Assembly (NCBI GenBank): GCA_012295275.1
Contig: CM022670.1
Coordinates: 5,890,001-5,954,000 of the forward strand
From: Chrysomallon squamiferum
Taxonomy: Eukaryota; Animalia; Mollusca
Reading direction: 5' to 3'
DNA length: 64,000 bases
Position numbers and translations under genes: made by a program. Of the stretch, positions 28,449 through 40,800 are shown piece after piece. How positions within the stretch are numbered: the stretch's first letter is position 1; each line of letters starts with the position of its first letter. The notes beneath the pieces are model-generated. The model was not told the origin of the DNA. It saw only the letters and a list, made by a program, of their open reading frames with translations, and ran no database searches.

Positions 28449-28910
28449 GTAAGTATTAAAAATAGTTATTATCATTCTGATCTGTATCTCAGTGTAAGTG
28501 TGAACTGTAGTTGTTATAATTCTCAGATATATTTCAGTGTAAATTAACTGTAGTTATCATCATTCTCATCTATATCTCAGTGCAACTTAACTGTATTCAT
28601 TATCATTCTCATCTATATCTCAGTGTAAGTGTTAACTGTAGTTATCATCATTCTCATCTATATCTCAGTGTAAGTGTTAACTGTAGTTATCATCATTCTC
28701 ATCTATATTTCATTGTAAGTATTAACTGTAGTTATCATTCTCGTCTGTATCTTAGTATAAGTGTTAACTGTAGTTGTTATAATTCTCAGCTATATTTCAG
28801 TGTAAGTGTTAACTTTAGTTGTTATAATTCTCAGCTACATGTCAGTGTAATTGTTAACTGTAGTTGTTATAATTCTCAGCTACATTTCAGTGTACGTGGT
28901 AAATGTAGTT
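28428..28910 (+). repeat. ~45-bp minisatellite (about 10 units) starting across the FGF exon 2 donor
   Basis: Unit gtaagtgttaactgtagttatcatcattctcatctatatctcagt. The first unit overlaps the exon end. Confidence 0.9.
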
Positions 28911-30318
28911 ATTATTATTATTATTATTATTTTTTTTTTTTGCCATATCAGTAAAATGGAGTCCTTCAGTAGATAATAGTCCATAACAAAGGCACTTGAT
29001 TATTCAATTAAACTGTTAATAATTCAGAATTATAGCCACGTGTTAAGAAACAACTAGGAACTATTTACATTTACATTTAACAATCTGTTTACTTTTACAA
29101 CACTTTATATTTAACTCTCTACATTTATAACTCTTTGCGTTTAAATACAATTATTATTATAAACAAAATTCCTAACATTTAGAGCTGGTAAACTATACAT
29201 TTATTTAAAAAGCTGTTGATATTAAAGATGTTTAATTTTTACAAGTATAACTCTTTATATTAAAGGTAATAAATTCTATATATCTCTTTACATTTAAATA
29301 TATAAACATTATGTTTACAGTTCCTTACATTTAGAGAAATTACACTATATCTATATATATATATATATATCCTTTCATTAGAGGAAATATCCTTTACATG
29401 AAAATCTCTTTACATTAAAGAAAATAAATATTTATAAATATGTACATTAAAAATAATGAGATCATTACATTCAAAGATAATAACATCCGAGTACAGCAAG
29501 CCACATTTTGCGTTTAGAGATAGCAGATACATCGATTATGCATGTCAAGCAATAAATTTTAAAAATAAAAATTCAAAAATACATTTTAAAAAATGCATCT
29601 AGCATATTTCAATGTAAATGTTTTTCTTTTACGTTTTTAAACAATATAAAAAATATATAATTAATACTAATATATGATAATGAGAACATTTTTATTTACT
29701 AAATGCTAAATAATATGATACCCAATATTTTATAACATATTAATTATTTTATGAACAATATGTGTGTATGAAGAAGAGTTTTACAGTTAAACGTATTTAT
29801 GGGAGTGGGGGGGGGGCTATCGGCGCAGTTAACTGCTCTTGTGATAAACATCATTTCCTTAGGAAATTTTGACATTATCTGATTTGTTGTTAAAGTATAA
29901 ATCACAAGTTTTCTTCAAACAAATCCCTGTTTCAACCACCCCCGGGCATTAATAGTACTTCTCCGTGACATAATTAACATACTTGTGGATGATTGGTCAG
30001 CGTGTGTGTGTTTATTTCCTCATCTCGTCACTGATTGGTCCGCTGATAGTTGTACAGGACATGATCGGTTTCACTGTGTTACATATTTCAAATATCTGAC
30101 GTACTGAATTAATTTTTTTTTATTTTTATCTGTCATCGTTTCTTTTTCAAAGTTTATCATGTGTATATTTATGTAAAATAAAAACTAACACAACTGTGAC
30201 ATTTCAAGGTTAGGTTCACGTGTAAAGTGAAAATCGATTTGTAATAAATGTCTAAATAATATAATTATTAATAATTTAAATAAATACACACATACGTATA
30301 CACACACCCAAAGAGAGT

Positions 30319-30398
<80 letters not shown>

Positions 30399-30957
30399 CG
30401 TTGCTAGATAAGTATGTAATTAAGTAGTTAGAAAGGAAGGTATAGACAGACACACGTATTCTGATAGGTAATAACATATGGTAAGCTATAAACAAATTAC
30501 AGAGAGCAATCATAAATGTATTTGAACTTGAAAAACAAAGATTTAATTGCTCGTGTCCTGATTTGTGTTATCACCAGTAGCTGGACTTAGTTGTAAATCG
30601 CCTTTGGTTGTAACTACGTGAAACGTGTTTTGTCACATTTGTGTGTCCCAGAGCAAAACAGACTCAGCGTTAATTTGTAAATACTCGTTCTATCAATACT
30701 TGACACTATAACAACATCTAAATTACCTTATATAATACAACCCACTGCTTGGTAAATAATTATTTATTTAGTTATTTATTTATTTATTTATTTATTTAAT
30801 TTTTTTGTATGTTTGTTTGATTGTTCATTTGTTTGTTTGCTTGTTTGTTTAAGTATTTGTTAGTTTATTTTATGAAGACACGTTAACGTAACTTTTTTTT
30901 TAAGCATACAAACAATGAATTTCAGTATTTTCATTAAAGATGTTTTTTTCTCTTCAG

Positions 30958-31494
30958 AAAACGATCTCTGAGGATTGTTACTTCAAGGAAACTTACCACC
31001 ACGCCTACAACGTGTACCATCACCGCTCACACAGGGAGAGGAAAACTAAGTTCTATATTGGGATCGACAGAACGGGAAAAGCAAGGAAAGGGATCGTGTC
31101 TCGCAAGTCACAGAAGATGTCCCAGTTTACTCCATTAGACTATAAAAACGACTCAGTGAGATCATCGTCAGAATGCATATCAGGAAACATTCATCTTGTA
31201 GATTCAGAGAAAGTGAAACGCGAGCAGACGAGGAAGCGAAGAAGAAGATGGTGCAAGCACCTGTTGTCAGGCAAACTGGAGAGGAATCCAGTGAAATACA
31301 CAAAGCGTTGTAAACACGACTGTGAAATTCTAAAACAGATGCTGGACAGTCCGAGGAAGTATAAGAGAAAATGTTTGAAAGCAAAACGCAAACGAAGGCT
31401 GAGGAAACTGAGAGAGAAACTCAGAGGGCAAAGAGGTCACAGGCGTCATGTGACAACAGACGCGAGAACACTACTTTCTACGACCGGTGCCTAG
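30958..31494 (+). CDS. FGF: Fibroblast growth factor, coding exon 3 (core end + long basic C-terminal tail)
   Basis: tttttttctcttcag acceptor (phase 0). KTISEDCYFKETYHHAYNVY...FYIGIDRTGKARKG....SQKMSQFTP carries the C.F.E, YN.Y and Y......G motifs of FGFs. TAG at 31492-31494. The joined CDS is 232+104+537 = 873 nt (290 aa). Confidence 0.93.
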   Translation, partial: KTISEDCYFKETYHHAYNVYHHRSHRERKTKFYIGIDRTGKARKGIVSRKSQKMSQFTPLDYKNDSVRSSSECISGNIHLVDSEKVKREQTRKRRRRWCKHLLSGKLERNPVKYTKRCKHDCEILKQMLDSPRKYKRKCLKAKRKRRLRKLREKLRGQRGHRRHVTTDARTLLSTTGA

Positions 31495-33264
31495 CACTTT
31501 GTTTTCCTGTGAAAAAAAAGGGCCGCTTTGACTGTCTGGTGCTTAGCACATTAACTGCCCATTGCTTAAAAAGGTGGAGTACGGGTGTATGGAAGTATGT
31601 TGGATGGTGAAACGCCGAGGACGGACAAGGGTACGGGTACAGTGATTTGTGATGTTGTCACTTTCTGAAATCACGTCGTCCTCGGATATAACAACTAATT
31701 TTTATTCTGAAATGGGAACCGGAACTTGCTGTTAGATTATCATTCTGAAATGGGAACATATTGTCAATTTATCATTCTCAAATGGGAATTTACAATTAAT
31801 TTATCAATGAGATTTTTGATGTTAATGATTCGACTGTGGTTTGTCACACAAACTCACCGTCCCTTCAAACTCTACAACAAATCTGCCATATTGTGACATT
31901 TACAGTAAACACAAACTAGAACATCCCGTGAACGATATGCTGTAAACAAATGTTTTACTTTGAAATACAGCGATATCCATTGTACATTTTGTTAGTAACG
32001 TGCATCCAGTGACGTAATTTTGAAAATGACGTTATATCAGTGATTGTGACGCAGTGTTGTTTATAATATTTCATACATTTGGCATCCTTCCCAGGGTGGT
32101 GTACAAAATGTACAGACACGGTGCGTATGCTACTTCGTAGTGACGTCACAGAACGTCATTGTCATGACATCATACAGTATATATAATCTGCATTGTTTAT
32201 TTCGTCATCTCATACCTGTTGATTGGTTATTATTATTAGAAATCTTACTGAGAGTATTTTTGTATCACGCAAATATTTGTTACGTTTATTTATGAGGTTT
32301 TTTTTTCTGGAATGTTGAGTTGGTGATACAAGGAATGAGTGAGAAACAAACAAACTAGAAGAGAGCAAATTACACACTTTTATATACACAAAACAAACAC
32401 AAGACTACCACCATCTCTACTACAAACTACAACTGTTACTACTAACATCACACTGTTCTATTAGTGCTACAACTGTTGCAACAACAACGACTACATCATC
32501 TACAACTACCACTCTTACTACGTCTACAGATAAAATGTCATGACGGATTAGAGATTTTAGAAGACAAATTTATTATTAATTAAATTTATTAATGCTTTTT
32601 ATCAAAATTATTTCTAAATGTATAAAATGAATTAGATCAGATTACGTTGTTTTAAATGCTCACTTCTTATTTGTTTGTGTTTCATGTTGTGCAATATGAC
32701 GCCTGTATTGTAACTTATATGCGTTTGTATAATTTAACAAACGATAGTTAGTGTATAAACAAAACGTGTGCGTGATACAAAAATGGCAACAATAACTGCG
32801 CAGTAAAGTGGATGAAAGTTTGCGCGAGAAAGTGGATGAATGAATGAAGAAAGGAGTGGAGGATGAATGAAGAGTGACTATAACAGTATTTGATATTTAG
32901 ATGACGTGATATTACTTGTTTCTCCAATCTAAATAAAAGTAGATTAATTTCAATTTAAAAATAATATTATCTTTCAGTAATTAATATAGCTAGAAGTTCA
33001 CAAGTCAGTATTAAATGCAAAATCATTTTCTTTTTTCTTCTTCTTCTTTTTCTTTCTTTTTTTCTCGTTTCTAATTTATTATAATAAATTACCTGTGTTT
33101 TGATATATATTGTAAATAGAGGGTCAGTTTTCTGTATGAGGCACCTTTTATCAACTGTTCAGCTAAATTTAGTTTTTAACTTAAAATATTTACCTTTCTA
33201 AATATAATCAATTTCTTAAGTAAATGGAGGAATGCAATCTTATTACTATTGCTATTACTATTAC

Positions 33265-33303
<39 letters not shown>

Positions 33304-33609
33304 GATTATTATTATTATTATTATTATTATGATCTAAATTCTAAATTGCTGTGTATCGACTGTAGCTTTAACCTGGCGGGTTCGCCGGACTGGGGGGATG
33401 AGTATGTCTCAATGAGTGGTAGATTTGTGGACTGAAGTAGGACGGGGCGGGGAGGGGAGATTCAGATCACATATCTAAACCGTCTTAACTTGTAGTGTAT
33501 ATTTTCAAAAATGCGGGACGGTCGACTACTACGCCAAGTTATGGTGCCTTTAAAGTGTTGTAAAATAATTATCAGTTTGTGAAGGCATCAGAATTGTGAT
33601 ATGTGTCCA

Positions 33610-33650
33610 AATAAATGTCAACAAAGAAATGTTTTGTTTTGTCGTTTTTC
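33610..33650 (+). terminator. Candidate FGF polyadenylation signal
   Basis: AATAAA at 33610-33615 followed ~15 nt later by a GT/T-rich element (tgttttgttttgtcgttttt). An alternative AATAAA lies at 32932. Confidence 0.4.
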
Positions 33651-34118
33651 TTCTAGTGATATTTTATATATATATGTATATATATTCGCCTCGTAGTATA
33701 TTGTCACCGCTGACAGTGTTTTCTACGTGATTCATTTTGTAAAATAAGAAAAAAAAAAATGTTTACGTTCAAAAAGGTTTGTATCTTGAAGTAATCCATT
33801 AGTGACTATACACTGAAATAATAATAACAGTGATTTTAAAAGAAGAAGAAGAAGGACATGGTGTTTATAAAATATTTGTTAATTTTCAGAAATCTTGTAA
33901 TGACTATAAATGTTATCATTTTAAAACAGAATGTTGTCTGAATAATAAAATGTGAAACTATGTTATTAAGAAACACAAAACCTTTATGAGATGAATTTCT
34001 ACTATTTGTTTTAGTAACAAAAATACGTCTCAGAAAAAAAATGTTTTACTTTTATTAAACAGTCGTCAGACGTTACCAGGTTTAATAATCACGTAAAAAT
34101 AAAATAATATTCAGTACA

Positions 34119-34149
<31 letters not shown>

Positions 34150-34572
34150 CATATATACAATCATACATGAATGATTCATACACAACCAACTATATAAAAC
34201 GCACATAGACACATGCATACATACATACAGACAGACATATACATTCATTCATTCATACATAACCAAACACAGACATACATACACACAAACACACACACAC
34301 ACACATACACACATGTATACATGCATATATACAAAGAGCTATAACACATACAGGTATGTCATTTCTGAAGTATTTGAACAATTTAAAATTAATTTTCTTT
34401 GTAACTGTGATGAACTTTACACATGTTTAACTGGTCGCCATGGTGACGAGCTGTAACTGTGTCCCACCTGTCAATACCGTTGACGAACAACCACGTAGCT
34501 GATTGACAAGTCGTTGTGTACTCGCTGCCCAGCGATGACGTTCACGTGTCGACAGTTTAGTATATCGACAAT

Positions 34573-34657
<85 letters not shown>

Positions 34658-34719
34658 AAATCTGAATTGCAACTTATGTTATAGAAAAGTACTTATTGTA
34701 CAGTTTGCTACGTCACATT

Positions 34720-34815
34720 CTGGGCTCTTGTTAGAATGGGAAACTGCTCAACAAATCCAGTGAGTGGGATTGATTCATGAGTTGAGCGCTCTAACCATTC
34801 AACTGAAGTCCGTTC
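34720..34815 (-). mobile_element. Decayed tRNA-derived SINE head
   Basis: The reverse complement contains an A-box-like agttgaatggttagagcgctc followed by atcaatccc, with no complete cloverleaf. Confidence 0.3.
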
Positions 34816-36169
34816 TCTTGCTTTTACGCGAAAAGACTACAAGTGAAAGTTTTATTTTTGAACTACTTGAAAGAAAAAAGAAATTGGCGAAGTCTCGTTA
34901 AACATGACCTTGAGACGCGATCAACACGTTAAATAAAGTTGACCTTCCTGCACGAGAATAGAACTCTTTATTATAAACAATCCAGGTCAAAGTTCGCAGT
35001 CCAGTTTAAAAGACAGAAGAAAAACATTCATAATGATAAGTTTAAAATTTGGTGAATATGGTGGGTAGGCACAGTGGGTAACAGTAGAGAACAATGAGTT
35101 GTAATAGCTGGTAATGGTGGGGGAATACATGTTATGGTGAAAATGGGAATTGATAACGTCGAAAGCGTTCGTAGATAGAGTGGAGAATAAAGATCATGGA
35201 TAAAAATGGGTCCATTGAAATGGTGGGAAGTGATGATTATTTCTGATAACAAAAATGTTTCTGATATCTCCTGTATTGCTGCCTTACAAAGAAAACAACA
35301 TTTCAAAGCTTTGTTTTTCTCTGATCATCTTCTTAACCCCTCTGAATTGAACCACATGTTAATAACGTGATGCAAACGTCACTGTAGTTTCTCTTGTAAA
35401 ACTAAACAGCTGTCATACCGAGCCTGTAGTAAATAATTACAGTATACAAGTGTTGTTTAAGTAAACATAATTACAAGCAGTTTGAACATCACACGTGTAA
35501 TGAAGCACGCCTGGCTTGTTGTACGTTAGTTACACAACTGTTACTCAGTCCTCTTACACTAGATACAAACAATCTTTATAAATAATAAAGTTCGAAAATG
35601 TAAAAAACAACCTTTGTTAATACAAATGTAGGAAAATATGTGATATATATAAAAATATAATCTTTGTTAATACTGAAGTATGAATATATATATACAGTAT
35701 GAAAAAAATAACATAAAAATAAAAACTTTGTTCATTCTAAAATATAAAAAGGCCTAGGTCTTGAATTAGATGTTGTCATTTTCATTCCCGTGATGTTGTA
35801 CCGTACATGGAAACCTAATGAAATGGGCAAAAATGACTAGGTTGTCATTTATTTATTCATTAATTTACGTTTATCATAAAAGATTAAGTTAATTCAACTT
35901 GTTGTATTGTATTGGATACTGTTTTATTCTTGTTGCTGTTTTTACTTACTTTATATGTTTCATGTCACCACAAACATATTTCGAATTTACACATAAGTTG
36001 AAATGACTTTTACTCCCCTTTATTTTATTTTTTTTTTTTTCTTCTTCTTCTTCTTCTTCTTCTTCTTCTTCTTTTCTTCAGCTGATGATAATTTGATTTT
36101 ATAATATTTATTTATATTTTAATTATTTTATTTACTTATTATTATTATTTATTTACTTACTTATTATTA

Positions 36170-36200
<31 letters not shown>

Positions 36201-37010
36201 TTTTTTTTTTTATTTTATCATTTCCTTTTTAACGTCACGAAGTGAAATGATCGCACACTAACTCAGTCTGTGTATGTATCAGAACATGAACAAAGTAAAC
36301 AAACGTTCCTGTTTATTTAAAACGTTTAGTTATTTTTCGCCCGGTCCGTTTCGGAGATCGGTTCAATGTTTTACCACTAAACACGGGAACGTAAACTAAA
36401 CAGTCTCATTGTGGGAAAGTTTACATTCTTGTAATTTCAAAGGAGACCACGACGACGTACAAACGTTGCTGATCACTTTCGTAGTCGGTCGACAAATTCA
36501 ACAAGACACTAATTCAAACAGATTAACTTGAAATAAAAGCGGAGGTTGCAGACAGTCGCAGATACAGCGACTCTCCCAGCCTGATTATTTTCTCTTTTAA
36601 CCACATCAGTCATTTGTAGAAGGCTTTATTTTCACGTCTGCTCGTACCGGCGTGATGTTCTCGCGCTGGAAACAGAACCGCTACTAGCAGACGACCACAC
36701 CTCGCACCTCTCTCGTCTTCTTCACCACGTACAGACATTGTTGTGTATTACTCCGCACACAAAACACGGGTCATAGGTCAATAAGTCGTGAGAACTGTCT
36801 CACAAGAAAATACTTTAAATTATTATTGGTCGCATTTAATATTTTACTTTGGGTGATTTTATTTTAGTTAAAAGTTTCGTTGTTGAAATTTTTATTTCAC
36901 CTGAATTTTTCAAATAACAAATTAATTTATGCAGACTATTTGTAAAAGGCAAAATGAAGTTATTTATCAATGTATCTCTCTATCAAGTGTGACTTTACTT
37001 ATAAACAAGA

Positions 37011-37089
<79 letters not shown>

Positions 37090-37791
37090 CTTGCTGTTCT
37101 CAGTCTCATCGTTTCAACTTTTATTACAGATTTTTTTTTTTTTTTTTTTTGCTGACGTTTTATTTACCCAGTTTATTTTATTGCAGCTTCTAATAAGTTG
37201 CTTGTTGCTATTGTAGTAGTCTGTTCGTAAACAAAATCATTAATAATTAAAAGTTTAATGTTGCAGCGCTCGCTTTGTCAGGAGATTGCGTTCTCCGACG
37301 TCTGTTTAAATGAAAATTCATGAGTTATATCTGTCCAGTTACGTCGCTTTGTGTGTTCACGTTTCTCCTGTCTTTCTATCTCGTGCCACATCGCCAGGGA
37401 GAAGTTATTTGTAACGACTTGTCAGCATTTCGATCTACACGAACATTTGAAAGAGCCGAGACGAGATTCAGAGAATCCGAGATGTGTCGAACATTCGACT
37501 GACAAGCGTTTAGTCACGCGCCGCTTGTTAACAGAAAATTTTTAACAACGCCATTTTGTTTGAAAACAATAACACGCAAAATCTTTATTCATTTTTTTTA
37601 TTTATTTAAAGTTAAATCTACAACCTAAATTAATAAATAAATTAATTAATTAATTTAATTTAATAATTTAAAATAAAACAGATTAAATATAATATAAATG
37701 TATTTTTTCGTTTCATGCACAATGTATCAATGCCAGAAATGTAAATAAATAAATAAACAAGGCAATAAATAAATAAATAAATTAGTAAATG

Positions 37792-37870
<79 letters not shown>

Positions 37871-40800
37871 ACAAAACATAATAAAATAAAATAAAATAAA
37901 ATAAAATAAAATAAAACCAATATTACCGGTATTACTACTATTAGCAGCACTTCTGTCAACATGACAATTTCTTCTATTAATTAATTAATTAATGATGCAA
38001 AGTGAAATTTTAAAATCAAAATAAATGAAAATAAGAGATTATGAAAAGACATTAGTATGTAACAAGTAGCTTTGAAATACGAGACATGACATCACTAATT
38101 CGCAGTTGTGTAAAACAGAGATTTTGCTAGTGGCGGGGTAGCGAGGCAAAATGTTGTCAAGACTTTTAATTTTCTCCAGTCGAGAGCTCGCTAATCACAC
38201 AACTTTCACCCAAACATTGATCGCGAGCAGTGAAGCAAAGAAATTAAATGAATTAATCACTGCGTCGTCCCTGAACGTATTAAATTGCAAAAAAGTTATT
38301 TTTGTTCAATTTCACGGCGATGTACTGCCGCCATTTACAACGCAGACGTACAAGTAACCAGGCTTTTGTACGAGTTCGGTTCCCGGACGCACAGACCCTA
38401 CAAGTCATGGCACGCTTCGACGTCATGTCGCGCGCGCGCCACGTGAAGGCAAATAGGCCATTGTCCACCCTTTTCACACAGGTAACATTTTCTGTGTAAA
38501 TACAATTTAGCACAAATCAGCTAAGTTTAGGTGAATAAAAAAAAAAAAAAAAAAAAATATTAATAAATAAAAAAATTTACTATATACTAGTATATATTTC
38601 TCGGTCGAAGAATCGTTTATGGGTAAGTAAGACAACAAATACAACAGAGAACAACAGCGACGTGAATGTCAGCGTCGAGTATTGTGTGTACGTCGTTCAG
38701 TATGTTGTGTTGAATGTAAAATACAGTATGGATATTTTATATGTAACAGTGTTATTTATCTAGTACTTTTTATGTTAATAGTAATATTTTAATTATGTAC
38801 TAATGGTATTATCAGTATGTCAGTTACATACTAATATTACTATTATTATTGGAATTATATACTAATAGTAATAATATTATTTTAATTATATATTAATGTT
38901 AATTATGTAATAATACTAATGTTATTTTAATTAATATATTAATGTTAATTAATTATATACTAATAGTAATATTACTGTTTTAATTAAATACTAATAATAT
39001 TATTATTGCTGTCAATTATATACTAGTATTATTTGTATATGCAGTATTAACATTAATGTCAACTATATACAATATTAATTTTAACTCTTTACAGTAATAA
39101 TGTTAATGGTACACAATATTAAATTGTGTACAGTGTTAATTGTAACTATATAATATTAACATTAAGTGTATATATATATAAAAAAAAGTTATTTAAAAAT
39201 TAACTGTAAATAATAAAAGAGATTTTGTATTCTTGTGTGGAGCGGATAAAATAAATTTCAGATTAAAATCTCAGAGCTGATTGGTACTGCTCCTTGTTGA
39301 CAAAGTCCCAGCATACGTCTACAAAAGCGAGACCTTGGCTAACATGAAACGACTGTTAATATGAAAATAAATCACAGGCGATATTAAATGTGAATGTACA
39401 GCACAGTGAACCAGGCCGCTCCACACAAAACTTCTTATTTGCTGTCGCTGTATTAATACGCCTCGCGTGCCTGTCTTTCTGTACGTCAAAGAGTTATTTT
39501 TAAAACCCGTTTTATACATTTATATTTTAAAACCTGTTCAAGTTTTAATATTAACGTTTCACGTTTTTTTTTATGCATTTATATTTTAAAACCAGTTCAC
39601 GTTTTCATATTTACATTTCAGGTTTTTATTCGTTTAAATTTTATTCAAGTTTTATTATTCACATTTCACGTTTCTATAAATTTATATTTTAAAACATCTT
39701 TCACGTTTTTATACATTTATATTTTAAGCATTTACACATTGTTATATTTTTCATATTTTTAAATTAATGTTTTACATATTTCAAAACATTCACAATTTAT
39801 TTATTTAGTTAGTTAGTTAGTTATATTTAATATCATTATTTTTACTATATTTTATTCTAAGCAGCAGCAACAGTTTTGGCTATGTTTTATTTAATTTATT
39901 TCTGTTTAGATATTTTTGTTAGTTTTTAATTTATGAAAGTTGACAATTTATTAATCTTATTAAAAAAGTTCTGATGGTGTACCTGTATGAAGGAGTAGTG
40001 GCATTAAAAAAATTACATTAGAAAACTAAATAAAACATTTTTAATACATTTATGTCATATCTAAATTACGATCAGTGGTAATCCCCCTTTCAGTATCCCC
40101 CCTCTACTTCCACTGTTACATTTCCCAGTCTCCTTTCCCGACTCCTGTTCTCTCTGATACTCCGCTTTGCCCTCCTCCCCTCCTGAAAACTCCACCAGCA
40201 TTACCTTCCGCCGCTGTCCGCTTTTCACTGCAGTCTCCCCCTACTTTCTGCTAGCACCTGGTTCCCGCCTTGTCACTGCCCCTTTCGACATTTCGCTGTT
40301 CCTAACTGCCGCCAGAGCAAGAATCTGTTGATACTTGTCCACATAGTTTATATACACCGTATATAATTTCATACACTGGCTGACTAGTTTAATTTATTCT
40401 GCTTCTTATACATTTATCTTCGCTAATACAATCCCTTGTTACTCCGAACACGCTGGTCACGGTCCACCGACCACCACACATTATTAGTTTTAACTTTTTT
40501 TTAATATTTGTCTTATATGTTAATAATATGCCTTTGTGTTGTGCCATTTAATGTGTATCAGTTTGTTGTAAAATTAAAACTGAATATGCCATTGCTGTAA
40601 AATTTGATATAAACTCTATCATTATTATAAAATTTAATATAAACTATAGCTCTGTTTTAAAATTATATATAAAATATACCTTTGTTATAAAATTTAATAT
40701 AAACTGTATCGTTTTGTTATGAAACTTAACAGAATTTATCTTCGTGTTACACAATTCAGTACAGAATGTGTCTTTTTGCTACAACATTGAATATACAGAT

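Noticed and set aside
28580-28954. 124-aa Cys/His-rich repetitive ORF resembling a metal-binding protein
   Set aside because: It is the translation of the intronic 45-bp minisatellite.
31127-31610. ORFs overlapping FGF exon 3 on the other strand or in other frames
   Set aside because: They are shadow ORFs of a real coding exon with no independent support.
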